This document shows positions 24,400 to 36,795 of a stretch of 64,000 bases of DNA, piece after piece. Every line of letters starts with the position of its first letter. The stretch's first letter is position 1. The notes below the pieces were generated by a model. The model searched no databases, had not been told where the DNA came from, and saw only the letters and a program-made list of their open reading frames with translations. This stretch comes from Callorhinchus milii (lineage: Eukaryota). The DNA is taken from assembly GCF_018977255.1 (NCBI RefSeq), contig NW_024704742.1:114764001-114828000 (forward strand), given 5' to 3'. A program made the position numbers and the translations under genes.

Positions 24400-26317
24400 A
24401 TGCCTGTTTTTACAGTACGTTCAATCTTTCCAAATCCCTCTGTCCAAACTTTCCCCAGTTCAATACAATCGGCCAACTCAAACCACTTTGGTTCCATCCA
24501 TACTTCCAATCATATGTGCAATGGAACAATAATGTCTTTACCATTTTCAATATTGTGAAGTTTTTCTAAAATAACGGAAATTTATTACACTTACAGCAGA
24601 AGAAAGGTTTAAACAACAAGCGCAAAGCTCTTCAGCGTGTGTAAGTGGCTGGAAAGTGCTGGAAAGCATTAGCAATGGAACAGTGCCCAGAGGTCAGGAA
24701 GAGGCCAAACTGCAAACAGAATGTCAGTCAGTCAAGTGGCTCGGATAAAGCAAAGAAGAAACTAGAAGATTAAAGAAAAGGAAGAGGCAAGAGTGGGAAG
24801 AGAGAAATTGGGGAGTAGGAGGTGGATGAAAGTATAAAGGAAGCTATAAGCAGCAGATGTGAGACAGTAAATATCTACACAAGAAAGAAATCAACATAAG
24901 GTGGTCAGTAAGCAAGTGTAAAGCAGTGAATACAATTGATCAGACTGAGGGAGGTTGTCAGTAGTGGGAGTCTGCCAGGAGACTGTGTCCACTTACTGGT
25001 AGTTGTCTAAAAGACAGCCAGAGGTGGCCAGTTGGCAGGCAGGCATCGGATGACACGTGTCCATTGAGTCACCTACCGAGTACTGGCTAACATTGACCAA
25101 CTCTGACAATCACTTACAGATACCCACAAGTAACTGCCAACAAATTCCAGAATAATTAAATAGGTTAGAGTAACTCACCACCAAAAGATACACAGCAATT
25201 GTTTTGCAAAATTTAGACTCTTCAAGACTATTGACCTTCAAACCAATGAGAAAATAGTAATGAAATATTAAACACTTCGCTCGGTCCCTAGGCCCCTAAC
25301 CTTTGCTATTCCCTCCCTCTACCCCTCCATCTTCACCCCTCTCTTTCTTTCTTTAAATCCTATCTCAAAACCTACCTCTTTGAACGTACCTATTGGTACC
25401 TCCTCCTTTCCTTTGCTTGGGGTCTGGCCTTGTAAAGCATTCCAAGACTTTAATCTAAGTGAGAGGCCGTACATTAATGCAAGTAGTTGCTGTAAAGAAT
25501 AAGTATTATATACATTACAGTTTAGGAGAAGGCCATTTGGTCCCATAAAGCCAAAGATGGTACTTGGTCAACCACTGGAACTAACTATAATTTTTATTCC
25601 CTTCTTTTTCCCTATATAATTTAATGTTCTTCCTCTTCAAAGGTGTACGCTTGGGGACAATTTGAGATGACAAATTCACAGGAATATTACACAGTAGAAA
25701 GCATTTTAATTATTGATACCAATAGTAAGTTGGGTAATACTGGCAAAAAAAAGTGAAGGATAATAATCCAAAAAAAAACACAATAATAATTTGGTCACTT
25801 CAATCCACGAATGTTTGTGGGGCACTGCTGTGAGCAATTGGCTGCCACGTTTCGACCACAAATATACAGTCAATTCACTTTCTAAAGAACTCTTCTTCCC
25901 TCTTGGTTTCTGTGGCTCACAGGTACTTGGGGGTGACCAGTGATGTGCACTAATGTGCAAGTCATATGGTACATCCAGTCTGATCTCAATTTTCAATTGA
26001 ATCTCTTCAAAATGGAAGAAATGTGTTTGTTTCTTTTTAGTTATTTTTACCGGTTAAACTCTACACTGAAAAACTGTGGAGTGCTACAGGGTTTAGCTTT
26101 ACAGAAATTGATACGTAAATAATAGTAATACTAAATGCTTACTGAAATTCTTGTGAAATTTTCTCTGAAACTCTTCCTCAGCTACACAGCCGTTCTGCCT
26201 AAAAATGTTTCTAACACTGGTGAATTTTAAATACAATGTGATGCTTATAATTGATTCTCTATTCATGATGTCACAAGAGGGCAAATGTTCCACACAATGT
26301 GACTTTCTGTCGCATAA

Positions 26318-26704
26318 TTGTGGAGTCCTGTAGCTCAGTGGTTAGAGCACTCGCTTTGCAAGCGAGAGACCTGAGTTCAATTCCAGGCAGAGGGCGAAAC
26401 CTTGGGCAAGTTTCCTTACTCCACACAGAGCCTAATAATAATCCCTTCAAAAAACAAAACAATAATAAATTGGTCATTTTCAATCTACGACTGTTTGTGG
26501 GACATTGCTGTGCGCAATTGGCTGCCGCGTTCGCCCACAAATATGCAGTCAATTCACTTTGCAGTGTGTTCTGTGAAGCGCTTTGGGACGTCCTCCCGAC
26601 GTGAAAAGCGCTATATCAAATGCAAGGATTATTATAAGTGCTTTGAGACGTCTAGAAGACGTGAAAAGTGCTATGTCAAATGCAAGCATTGTTATTATCA
26701 TTAT
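26318..26704 (+). mobile_element. Full-length young tRNA-derived SINE with Deu-like core and duplicated L2-type tail
   Basis: Head ggagtcctgtagctcagtggttagagc (A box) and gagttcaattcc (B box); core gggacattgctgtgcgcaattggctgccgcg; tail ending tgcaaggattattat. Resembles the elephant-shark SINE2 family from recall, not searched. Confidence 0.92.
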
Positions 26705-28509
26705 TGCCCAGTTCTCTTTTTAAATGTGTATTTGAGCTCAGCCTCAACAGACACTTGACCCAAAGCATTTCATATCCTCAAAATCCTGTGCATAAAAATG
26801 TTTCTTCTAACCTCCTCCTAATTCTCCTTGAGGGCAAAATCCTGGGCTAATGCCCACATTACAAATTTACCAAGCCATGGGAATAATCTTTCCCTATCCC
26901 TTAAAAAACTTTCCAAATTTTGAAACTCTTCATTTAACCAAATATTATTCCATGTGTTTGTAAAGTACGAATGCAATTGTCACCGGAGCCTGCAGTCAAC
27001 TTCCTAACATCACCTGGGAATTAACTAACTCTATCAGTTTTATTGCTCTTGAGGGATTCAGCACAGACAGATGAGCCGAATGGCCTTCTTCTGTTCTGTA
27101 AATTCTATGGTTCTATGTTTTTACCACTGTACTCGTCAGCTGACTCAAAGCCACATTCACTCATTCTGTAAATTTAGACAGTGGCATCCACATACAGACT
27201 CAGTAATTTATCTGCTCACTGTTACAGGAGATTTTCATATGGCCTTGTCATACTCTGTCTCCTTTAAAAAGCATTGTGAATTGCAGTAAAGCTGACTGAT
27301 ATCTAGGTAGTCGTTTTAATATACTGGCAATATTACTGAATAAACACACATTCACATTACATTTGTCTGGTCCTATTGATGGAAATTACAGACAGTGGAG
27401 AATATAATTGCAGTTGGTAGGGTTTTCTAGTTGACCAATATACAGAAGAACTTGCATTCGCTGCTGAATAACCAAATGCTACCTGCATTGACCAATGAAT
27501 AAAAATCTCTTCTTAAAACAATACATTGTTTTTACCTAGGAAAGTAGCCATGCTAAATTTTCAGAATCAAAACAATAGCAATTTATTTTTGCATCCGGTA
27601 CCTCAATTCATATTCAAAAAGATATGTAAGATATTGCTGCCTTGGTTTAATCTGCTTTACTTCTCTGAAATGTTTTACTTTGCTAATGAGAATTTGCTCC
27701 TGCAAACATGTCCTCCCCCTATCAAATTCTTGGCTTGAAACCATTATGCATTCTGCCAATTTCTCAGTTAGATGAAATACAGGTTATAATCTAAACAACT
27801 TCAACACAGCCTCAAGTGAGGTACTAAACACCTATATCTTAGATTCTCCTTGTTCCATTACTGTACACTCATAAATCTTTCTCTTTTCAGACCCACGGCA
27901 CTATTTATATAGTGCCTCCACTTCTCTGTGTATGACAATTAAACTAGATTGCAGTGGGGAGACCTTTCCTTTTCCAACTCAATACATATTTTGATTTAAG
28001 GCTTGATCTTTATGTTAAAAGCACAAATGCAGATTAAACTGCAACACAAAATAAAATTGAAAGTCGTTTAATTCAGTTGCATTTGTGATTAATATAGTGA
28101 CATGTTTGCGTACTGACTCCACTGGAGCTTTGCCTGAATCTAATTGATACAAATATCAGAATCTCAGGCCTTCTCCTTTGGTTATCTGTACTCCACGTAG
28201 TTTACAGAAAAGAGAGAAAGGTTTCCTGAGTCTGTCCAACTTAACCTAGATAGCTATAAAAAGAAGTTCTGATCTTCTTGATTTCAATTTCACCCAAACT
28301 CTGACCTCGGTTTTACCATGTGCTTGAACAAACCTCACACTGCATTGGGTACCGTGGCAGAAATAAATATTGGTCTTGAGAGTGGTGAAAAAATGATGTG
28401 AGAGAGTTGACTGTTTATATCCCTTTTTTTACAAAATATATATTTATTTGTTGATATATATTTACGCTTATCTCAGATAATATCAAACCCGAAAAAAAAA
28501 GATGCAACA

Positions 28510-29028
28510 TGTTATTATCCCGTTACAGGACGCAGCAGACCCAACCCCTTGTGGCGGGGGACGTGTGGGGGGGTGGGCCTCTGCGCACTTCACTTTGGTA
28601 GAGGGACCAAGGCATCCCCACCTCGGGGTTCTGCTGCCCTTTGTAGAGCGCAGTTACAAATGGGGTCGTGTACCCCCCTCCCTATCCTCACCCTCTTAGT
28701 GGGAAGTGCGGACAGGTTCACAGCACATAGGATGTGCACACATTTTTTGGGAAGCTCCCTTTAAGACAGTCAGGACTCGCCCCAGTGTGCACAACATCCA
28801 TGTGTGCACCCGCGCACACCCTAATAAGGCACACTTGCCGCTATCGAATGGCACCCCGATGTGCACCGTACGCACACGTTTACCCAAACACATGCCCGGA
28901 AACCTTGCAAACACAAACCCATACACATACACTATATAGCCAACCAGTCCCACCCCTGTCGCCTGTGTAACTGCTCCTACAGGGAGCAATAACAGGGTGG
29001 GCTAGTCCCAGCTCTGCTGTCTTTTACA
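28510..29028. other. GC-rich island of unknown origin, possibly a solo LTR or DNA element
   Basis: Abrupt GC/CpG rise in an AT-rich intron; tgttatt...aataaca inverted ends; ttacagga direct repeat near both ends. Confidence 0.4.
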
Positions 29029-30464
29029 GGATGGTGAACCTTTACCTCACTCCCTGCCGCTCCTGTTTACATCTTGCTGAACTATCTCTGAGTGAGCACA
29101 GTCAGTTTCAAGTGAGAAAGCCTAAGCTAAAGTTTTCATTTAGTACTTCTGTAAGAAGTCATAAAGATCATAGAACCATAAAAAATTACAGCACAGAAGA
29201 AGGTCATTCGGCCCATGGTATCTGTATTGGCTCTTTTAAAGAACAATTTTAAATTCAATTTTCAGTGAATGAGCATTCAATGCAGCACATGAAATTAATA
29301 TTGATTAACAGGGTTGGAAATCATTTTGAAAAATTTGCACTGCAATAAATGGATAGAAATGTATATTGTGTGGATGAGTCAAAATAGTCTGCATAATCTA
29401 TTTGCAAAAAGCTCTATTCAAAGCTGATTTTATTAAAAGTTAATGGAAATATCAGGGATCAATTTTTCTCCTTTCTTAATGGATTTCTAAATTAAGAAAT
29501 GTGATTGTGATCTCTGCTAGTTATTGAGACTAGGTCAGTTATATCACTTCAGGTCAAGGGAACATCAAACCAGGTTGAGAAAATCTCACTCCAAAAATAG
29601 ATATGAGTTGGAGCAAAATTCGATGGACTTCCATCTACTTTAAGGAATCCATTAAGAAGTACCACAAATCTTACATCGGGAACTCACATAGTCTAAGATG
29701 ATACTGCAATGCAGCACTATGGGTGTTCTGCATTGTAGGAGATCCTGTCCTTCAGATGTGAGATCCAGTCTGCCTGTTTAAGTGACGCTAAAGATCCCAT
29801 GGCACTATTCCAAAAGAGAAGGGTGTCCTGGCCAACAATCCCCCAATTAAAATTGGTCACTCGTTTCATGGCTGTTGTGTGACATTACTGTGCGCAATTG
29901 TGCTGCCACCTTTGCCGACAAATACACAGTCACAAATAGAGACACCCTTCTGACGTGATGAGGCGTTAAACCAAATGCAAGGACTATTGTTATTATCATT
30001 AAATTCAACCCCATTGTAAATGTCAATCATATATTTGGCCAATAGGAATCCATGGAGTCATAAGGATAACTATTTTGGGGAGGAGAGAGTGGATGTTTGC
30101 AGTTATACAAATCTTTCTATGCAGCTGAAATTCTGGGACCACCAATGGTACGTTTCCAGGCCCACAGTTGTGACTACACTGGCACATAGAAAACACTTCT
30201 TCAGGAAAGCCATAGATAAGAGCAGCTTCCTGCTGACCACTGCTGGTAATGATAAGCAAAGCAAAAACATGGAAAATTGGCATGTGAGTCACCTCTGTCT
30301 CTCTTTCCCCCTTCTCTCCCCACTATGAGAGACACACCCTGCTTATCTAATTGCTCATCTACTTCTCAACAGTATGTGTTGGACAAGGCTTGTGGGCCAC
30401 TATGTGGAGTGTCTGTTGGAGTACTGCTGGAGTTCAACCAATGCAGTCAAAACCCAATTACTCA

Positions 30465-31390
30465 AATGCACTCTTCGCCGGTCTCCCCAGCTCTACTATT
30501 CACAAGATCCAGCTCATTCAGAACCCTGCCTCCTGCATATTTGCCTGGACCAAACTCCGTACCCACATTTCACCAGTTCTGGCCAGGCTCCACTGGCTCC
30601 CCATCACCAAACCGATCGACTTCAAGATCCTCACGCTCGTGTTCAAATTCATTCACACTCTGGCACTTCCCTACCTCTCCAACCTCCTCACTCCCCAATC
30701 CACCACCCGGCGCCTCCGCTCAACTGGCCTGCTGATTGTCCCTCGCACCCTCCGCTCCTCCATCAGAGGTTGCATTTTCAACCACTATGCCCCCAAACTG
30801 TGTAACACTCTCCCTCAATCCCTCTGCCTTGTGCCCTCGCTCTCCTTTTCAAGTCCCGCCTGAAAACCTTTCTCTTCGACCCAAGCTTCTGGATGATCTG
30901 CAGCTTGTGGAAGGAAGAGTTGGGCAGGCCGACAAGCAAGGAGTTGGTTTAGTCGAGCCTAGGTGTAAGAATTGTGTGGATGAGGGTTTTGGCGGCCTGA
31001 GGTGCGAGGCAATGGCGGAGGTGGGAGAAGGCTGAGTGGGTCATGGCATGGAGGTGGGGTAGAAAGAACAGTTGAGGGTTAAACAAGATGCAAAGGTTCC
31101 AGACTGGCTCAGTGAGATGGAATGTGGATCCCTGTATGGTGATGCTGTTAGCATCTGAGATGTGGAGGTGCTGACAAGAACCAATCAGCAGGGCCTCAGT
31201 CTTGTTGAAGTTCAACTGTAGAAAGTTAGCTCTCATCCAGGACTTGATGTCTGACAGACATTTTGTTAGAACAGCAATGGTCCTGGAGTCGAGGATGGAG
31301 ACAGAGAGATAGAGTTGGGTTCACTTAGGTTCAATTCCAACAACAAAAAATTACATTTGTGTAGCACATTTCACATCAGGAGGGCATCAA
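30465..31390. mobile_element. Rearranged L2 cluster: + strand 3' piece (30465-30887) fused to a - strand piece (30888-31320), plus a - strand tail remnant
   Basis: ORF remnants IQNPASC...LHWLPI...FKIL (+) and [16 protein letters not shown]...PRLD (-). Confidence 0.85.
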
Positions 31391-31565
31391 TTCCACTTGT
31401 TCACTCTCATTTTCTCATTCAGAAGGAGCCTTAGTGGTCTGCCAAGATTCAATGACGTTCCCAGTTCAGTTGAACATGTGTTTTTTTGAATCAGTAAAGC
31501 CACCAAGGCCATTGCTAATAAAACCATTTAACAGAACCCAAGCAGGCAAGATAAAATGGCTATAC

Positions 31566-31672
31566 CTGGCCTGTTGAATAGCATCTACCCACGCCTCACA
31601 GTCACCTTCTTCCTCAATCCGAAGCTCCAGTGGCCTCTGTCCTTCATGGCCAAAGATTATCGTGAAGTAATG
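31566..31672 (-). CDS. RASGRF2: RASGRF2 coding exon 2 (end of PH domain)
   Basis: HYFTIIFGHEGQRPLELRIEEEGDCEAWVDAIQQA; ttttcag acceptor, GT donor; 107 nt, in phase with exons 1 and 3. Confidence 0.96.
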
Positions 31673-33764
31673 CTGAAAATAAAACGAGCAGAATATTACA
31701 AACTGAAACGCATGTTTGCACAGATAACACACAGGTACGTATATTATTTTATTTACAGGGAAAATCATGAAGGATTTGAAGATCTCTAATATCTTTTTCC
31801 AAAAACTCTATTCACGCAAACACCCTTTCTCCCATTTATTTCAAATATGATCTGCAATCATTGCTCTTTCAATTTCATGAAAATCTATCGTTTGTGCCAG
31901 AATTTTTAAAATAAAATTTGTTGTGAAAAAAATCCAAGCTATATGATTCAAACCTTGCTTTTGGCTGCTAAAGGACTTCACAGTACTGTATCTAATTTCG
32001 GTTACACCCCATTACCTGACTTGCAGTGCACAATTTCCATTAGTGAAATGTACCATTGCCTTGTGTGAACCTTGAATAATCAGTGAGTTTAATGAATACA
32101 TTGCAGCAGCAGGAATCTGAAACATATATCAACACTCACAAGATCCCAAATGAAATAATTATAATTTTACTTCAGTTCGACTGTATTGTGTCAGCCTGAC
32201 TCAGTTGGTAATACCCTTGCTTCTGAGTCAGAAGGCTGTGGATTCAAGCCTTATATCGGGACTTTGAGGCTCCAGTGAAATTTTAGAATGTGTGTTCCGG
32301 TGTTGGAGCTGCCATCCTTCAGATGAGACGCTGCTGTGTGCAAATTAGCTGCCATGTTACCCACAGATACACAAATAGGGTAAATCCTATGAAGCACTTT
32401 GGCACATCCTCCCATGTAAGGCACTATACCAAATGCAAGGATTATTATTTTTATTATTATAATATAACAGTGACTGTGTATTTTGTGGAAAAACGCGGCA
32501 GCCAATTTGCACACAGCAATGTCCCACAAATAGCCACAAAGTGAATGACTGGGATCTTTAATGTTCACCTGAACAAATTCAAGAATTGTTATTATGTTTT
32601 GTATCCATTACTAAATAATTCTTCTGAATGACCTTTACCTGGTGCGAGTCTCCTTCTTTAAAAGAATACTGCAGTACTTTTGGAACATATTGATATTTCT
32701 TTCATTAGAAAGAATATATTTTTCCTATTCATTTCTAGCAGGAATGGAGTGAAAGTTGTGACATGCGATGCATTAATTAACACCGGTATTGGTAGTACTC
32801 TCCACTGGGTCAGGTGACTGTGGCTTCAAGCCTCATGTTGAGATTTGAGTTCACAGTTCAAGCTACCACTCCAGTGCTCTACAACAACAAGATTAAATTT
32901 GTATAGCGCCTTTCACGTCGTGAGGACGTCCCAAGGCCCTCTACTGGGGATGCGGTTGCCCCAAATTGAACCTTTACACGGGGCCCCTGCATTTTACGAG
33001 ACAAAGAAAACCAAATCTTATCACTGGAGCCGCTCGGAGATCCTGACTGGCTTGGAGCCTCTTATAATAGCATAGGTTACACAGTCCTATTGCTGCCGCT
33101 GACTGTGGGAATGCTACATTGTTAAAGGTGCCATCTTTCAAAAGGCATGTTAATCTGAGTTCTTGTGTCCTCTTCAGGTGAACATTATAAATCCAATGAT
33201 GCTACTCGAAGAGCACTGCAGACCTGCCTGGCTCAAGAACTGGACTACCAAGACTGCTGCACTAAAAATAGGTAAAAATGTATAAATTACTGAACATAAC
33301 CCATCTTATAAGGAGTGAGAGCCAATATGAAGCATTTCAGTTTTTTGAAAAAAAACAAAAATACCTGCAGAACACTTATCAATCAAGCCTCCTGCAGGGT
33401 GCGTGGGAGTTGTTGGATTTTTTTAGGGAGCTGAGCGATACTTTGATGGCCATTGATCCTGGCACACCTGAACCAAGGTTCTGTTGAAGGCCCAGACGGG
33501 GAGGGAGAAGGAAGGGGAATACGTATGAGTGAGAGGGCAGGGTAAAGAGGGGGAACAGAGGTGAGTAAAAAGGAAGGGTAGAGAGGGGAACAAGTCGGAG
33601 TGGAAAGCAAGGAGAGGGGGGGCACAAGTTTGAATGAGATGGGAGGGGAGGGAGGAGGAATAATTCAATGTGGGAGGAAACTATGTGAAGTATAGATATT
33701 ACCTTTGTCACTTAGTTGTAATTAGTCATGCCTCAGAAGAGGAACTAAATTTAGAGAATTCATG

Positions 33765-34175
33765 ACAACAAAAACAACAACAACTTGCACTTATATAGCA
33801 CCCTCCACGCAGGGTAGCGTCTCAGAGCGCTTTACAGTGGCGGAGCCTGACTCCGAGCCAGGGAAGTGGAAGGTGGCCGTAAGCACACTTGAAGAGAAAG
33901 GTTTTCAGGTGGGACTTGAAAGAGGGGAGAGGGGGGACAAGGCGGAGGGATTGAGGGAGAGTGTTCCAGAGTTTTGAGGCGTAGTGGCTGAAAGCACAAC
34001 CTCCGATGGTGGGGCAGGGGTTGCAAGGGAAAAGGCAGGAGGCCGGTGCAAGTTGGGCGGAGGCACCGGGTGGTGGATTGGGGAGTGAGGAGGTCAGAGA
34101 GGTAGGGAGGTGCCAGAGAGTGAAGGGATTTGAATACGAGATTGAGGATCTTGAAGTGAGTGAGGATACATGACA
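33765..34175 (-). mobile_element. 3' fragment of a second L2 family
   Basis: FKIL..FKSLHSLAPPYLSDLL remnant; distinct tail aagcgctctgagacgctaccctgcgtggagggtgctatataagtgcaag(ttg)n. Confidence 0.88.
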
Positions 34176-34182
34176 ATGTATA

Positions 34183-36141
34183 TTGCATAATTGGATAATC
34201 CTGGAGGCGAAGAACAACCCCAGGCTACTGTTTTCCACCACAACCCGACTCCTCCGTCCCCCCCGCCACCCCGCGCAGGTCATCTCCTCCAACCTTCACT
34301 GCGAGGAGATGCTGGATTTCCTTGAATCCAAGATCAAGGGAATTCGCTCCGCGGTCACTTCCCCTCCAACATCCACCAACACCCCACCCCCTCACTCCCA
34401 CACTCCGACTGCTACCCATCCTCCCCTACTCACTTTTGTACCCGTTTCCCCACCCTCTGTCACCAAACTCATCCTATCCCTAAAACCAACCACCTGCTCC
34501 CTTGACCCCATCCCCACTCCACTCCTTATCTCCCAGCTCCACTTTCTTGCCCCACATATCACCGACATCATCAACCTGTCCCTCTCCTCTGGCTCTGTCC
34601 CCATTCCCTTAAAAACTGCCACCATCACGCCCACCCTGAAAAAACCCTCCCTTGATGCGTCGCAGCTATCAAGCTACCGGCCCATCTCCAACCTCCCCTT
34701 TCTCTCCAAGGTCCTGGAAAGAGTTGTCGCCTCCCAACTGCGCTCTTTCCTTTCCACCCATTCACTTTTCGAACCCCTTCAGTCAGGTTTCCGTGCTGCC
34801 CATAGCACAGAAACTGCCCTGGTCAAGGTCACCAATGATATCCTGACCATCTGTGACCAGGGCTCCCTCTGCTTCCTCGTCCTCCTCGACCTATCGGCAG
34901 CATTCGATACGGTCGACCACGCTATCCTACTCCACCGCTTGTCCTCCCACCTCAACCTTCAAGGCACTGTCCTTGAGTGGTTTAGGTCGTACCTTTCTCA
35001 CCGTCTTCACTTTGTCTCGACGAATGGCTTCTCCTCCACCCCCCGCACTGTCTCATGTGGTGTCCCTCAGGGCTCTGTCCTCGGTCCCCTCCTCTTCACC
35101 CTCTATATGCTCCCCCTCGGTGACATCATCCGCAGACATGGAGTTAACTTCCACATGTATGCGGATGACACCCAACTCTACCTTTCCTCCTCTACTCTCA
35201 ACTCCACGACCACCGATGTCCTGACAGCTGCCTGTCCGACATCGAGTCCTGGACGAGAGACAACTTTCTTCAGCTCAACGTGCGAAAAACCGAGGCCCTC
35301 CTGATTGGCTCACGTCAGCGCCTCCGCACCTCAGGCGCTGACACCATCAGCATCCAAGGCTGCACTCTCCACCTCTCAAAGCCAGTCAGGAACCTCGGCG
35401 TTTTGAGCTGTCCTTTCTCCCTCACATCCGCACCACAACTGGCACCGCCTTCCATCACCTCCGGAACATCGCCAGACTACGGCACTACCTCACCCCTCAC
35501 GCTGCTGAAACCCTGGTTCACGCCTTTGTCACCTCAAGGCTGGACTATGGGAACTCTCTCCTCGCCGGCCTTCCCGCCACCTCCCTCCACAAGCTGCAGG
35601 TCATTCAGAACTCTGCAGCTCGTGTACTGTCCCGCACCAGGCTTCGGGACCACATCACTCCCACCCTCGCTCGCCTCCACTGGCTCCCCATCCCCCAGAG
35701 GATTGATTTCAAGATCCTCATCCTCACCTACAAGGCCATTCACGGCCTTGCTCCCTCCTACCTCTCCAACCCCTACCTACCTGCCCGTACCCTCCGTTCC
35801 TCCGGCTCCGGTCTGCTCCACGTCCCCCGCCCCAATCGCTCTACCATCGGTGGTCGGGCCTTCAGCCTCTCAGCCCCAGGCTCTGGAACTCCATTCCCCA
35901 GTGCCTTCGCCTTGCTTCCTCCCTTTCCTCCTTCAAGGCCGGTCTCAAAACCTTTCTCTTTGACCGAGCCTTCAGCTCCCCTCTCGACTCTCTTCCCCCT
36001 CCTCGCTCCCTCCCTTCCCTCCCCTCACCCTGACCATTTCCCCCCTGCTCGGGTCATGAGCCAACTGTGCAGCGCCTTGGGACGTCCTCCTGACGTGAAA
36101 GGCGCTTTATAAATGGAAACTTGTTGTTGTTGTTGTTGTTG
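34183..36141 (+). mobile_element. 5'-truncated L2-clade LINE with reverse transcriptase region, frameshifted
   Basis: 373-aa ORF with [54 protein letters not shown]; frameshifts after about 35225; 3' UTR ends in (TTG)n. Confidence 0.96.
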
Positions 36142-36489
36142 CTGCATCCGGGCTGATGGAAGCAGCGATATGGATGGGTCCAAGGATCTTTTCCTGTTCT
36201 ACATTTTCTTATATAACCAAAGCAAATGCTTTGTTTCTGCACTGCCATCTGATTCAGCAACAATTCATGCTAGCAAGAGCTATGTGTGAAAACAGTGTTT
36301 ATGCTTTGCAGCTCAACACAGGAATAAGCGCCACCTGAGGTGGAAATGATACAATGTTCTACCTGCTAGACCTGGGACTGCAAAGAGCAAAGATCACAAC
36401 TGACTTCTGACTGCCTTCAATCTCATTCAATGGGGTCTCAGTGGCAACTCCTCTGTGCATTAAAACGAATGCAGGTTTTTGCGCGCATT

Positions 36490-36795
36490 TTCAATTCCCG
36501 GGCGAGACAAAACCTGAGGCAAGTTTCCTTACTCCACACACCTCTATCTACCTAGCAGTAAGTAGGAACCTGGTTGTTAGTCGATTGGTAGATCACTTTC
36601 CAGGGATAACTATCCCTAATAATAATCATTCAATCCATGACTGTTTGTGGGACACTGCTGTGCGCAATTGGCTGCCACGTTTCTCCCACAAAATACAGTC
36701 AATTCACTTTACAGTATATTCTGTGAAGCACTTTGAGATGTCTCAATGACGCGATAAGGCTTTATATCAGATGCAAGGATTAGAATAATTATCAT
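36490..36795 (+). mobile_element. 5'-truncated SINE, longer subfamily
   Basis: ggcaagtttccttactccacac...gtgggacactgctgtgcgcaattggctgcc...tgcaaggatt. Confidence 0.85.

Noticed and set aside
26322..26395. Functional tRNA-Ala gene (also 19.8, 20.85 and 42.8 kb)
   Set aside because: No clear acceptor stem or terminator after the T-arm; continues into SINE body and tail
36328..36344. CTCF-like motif gcgccacctgaggtgg (weaker one near 9104-9119)
   Set aside because: Only a partial consensus match; not supportable without PWM scoring or ChIP data
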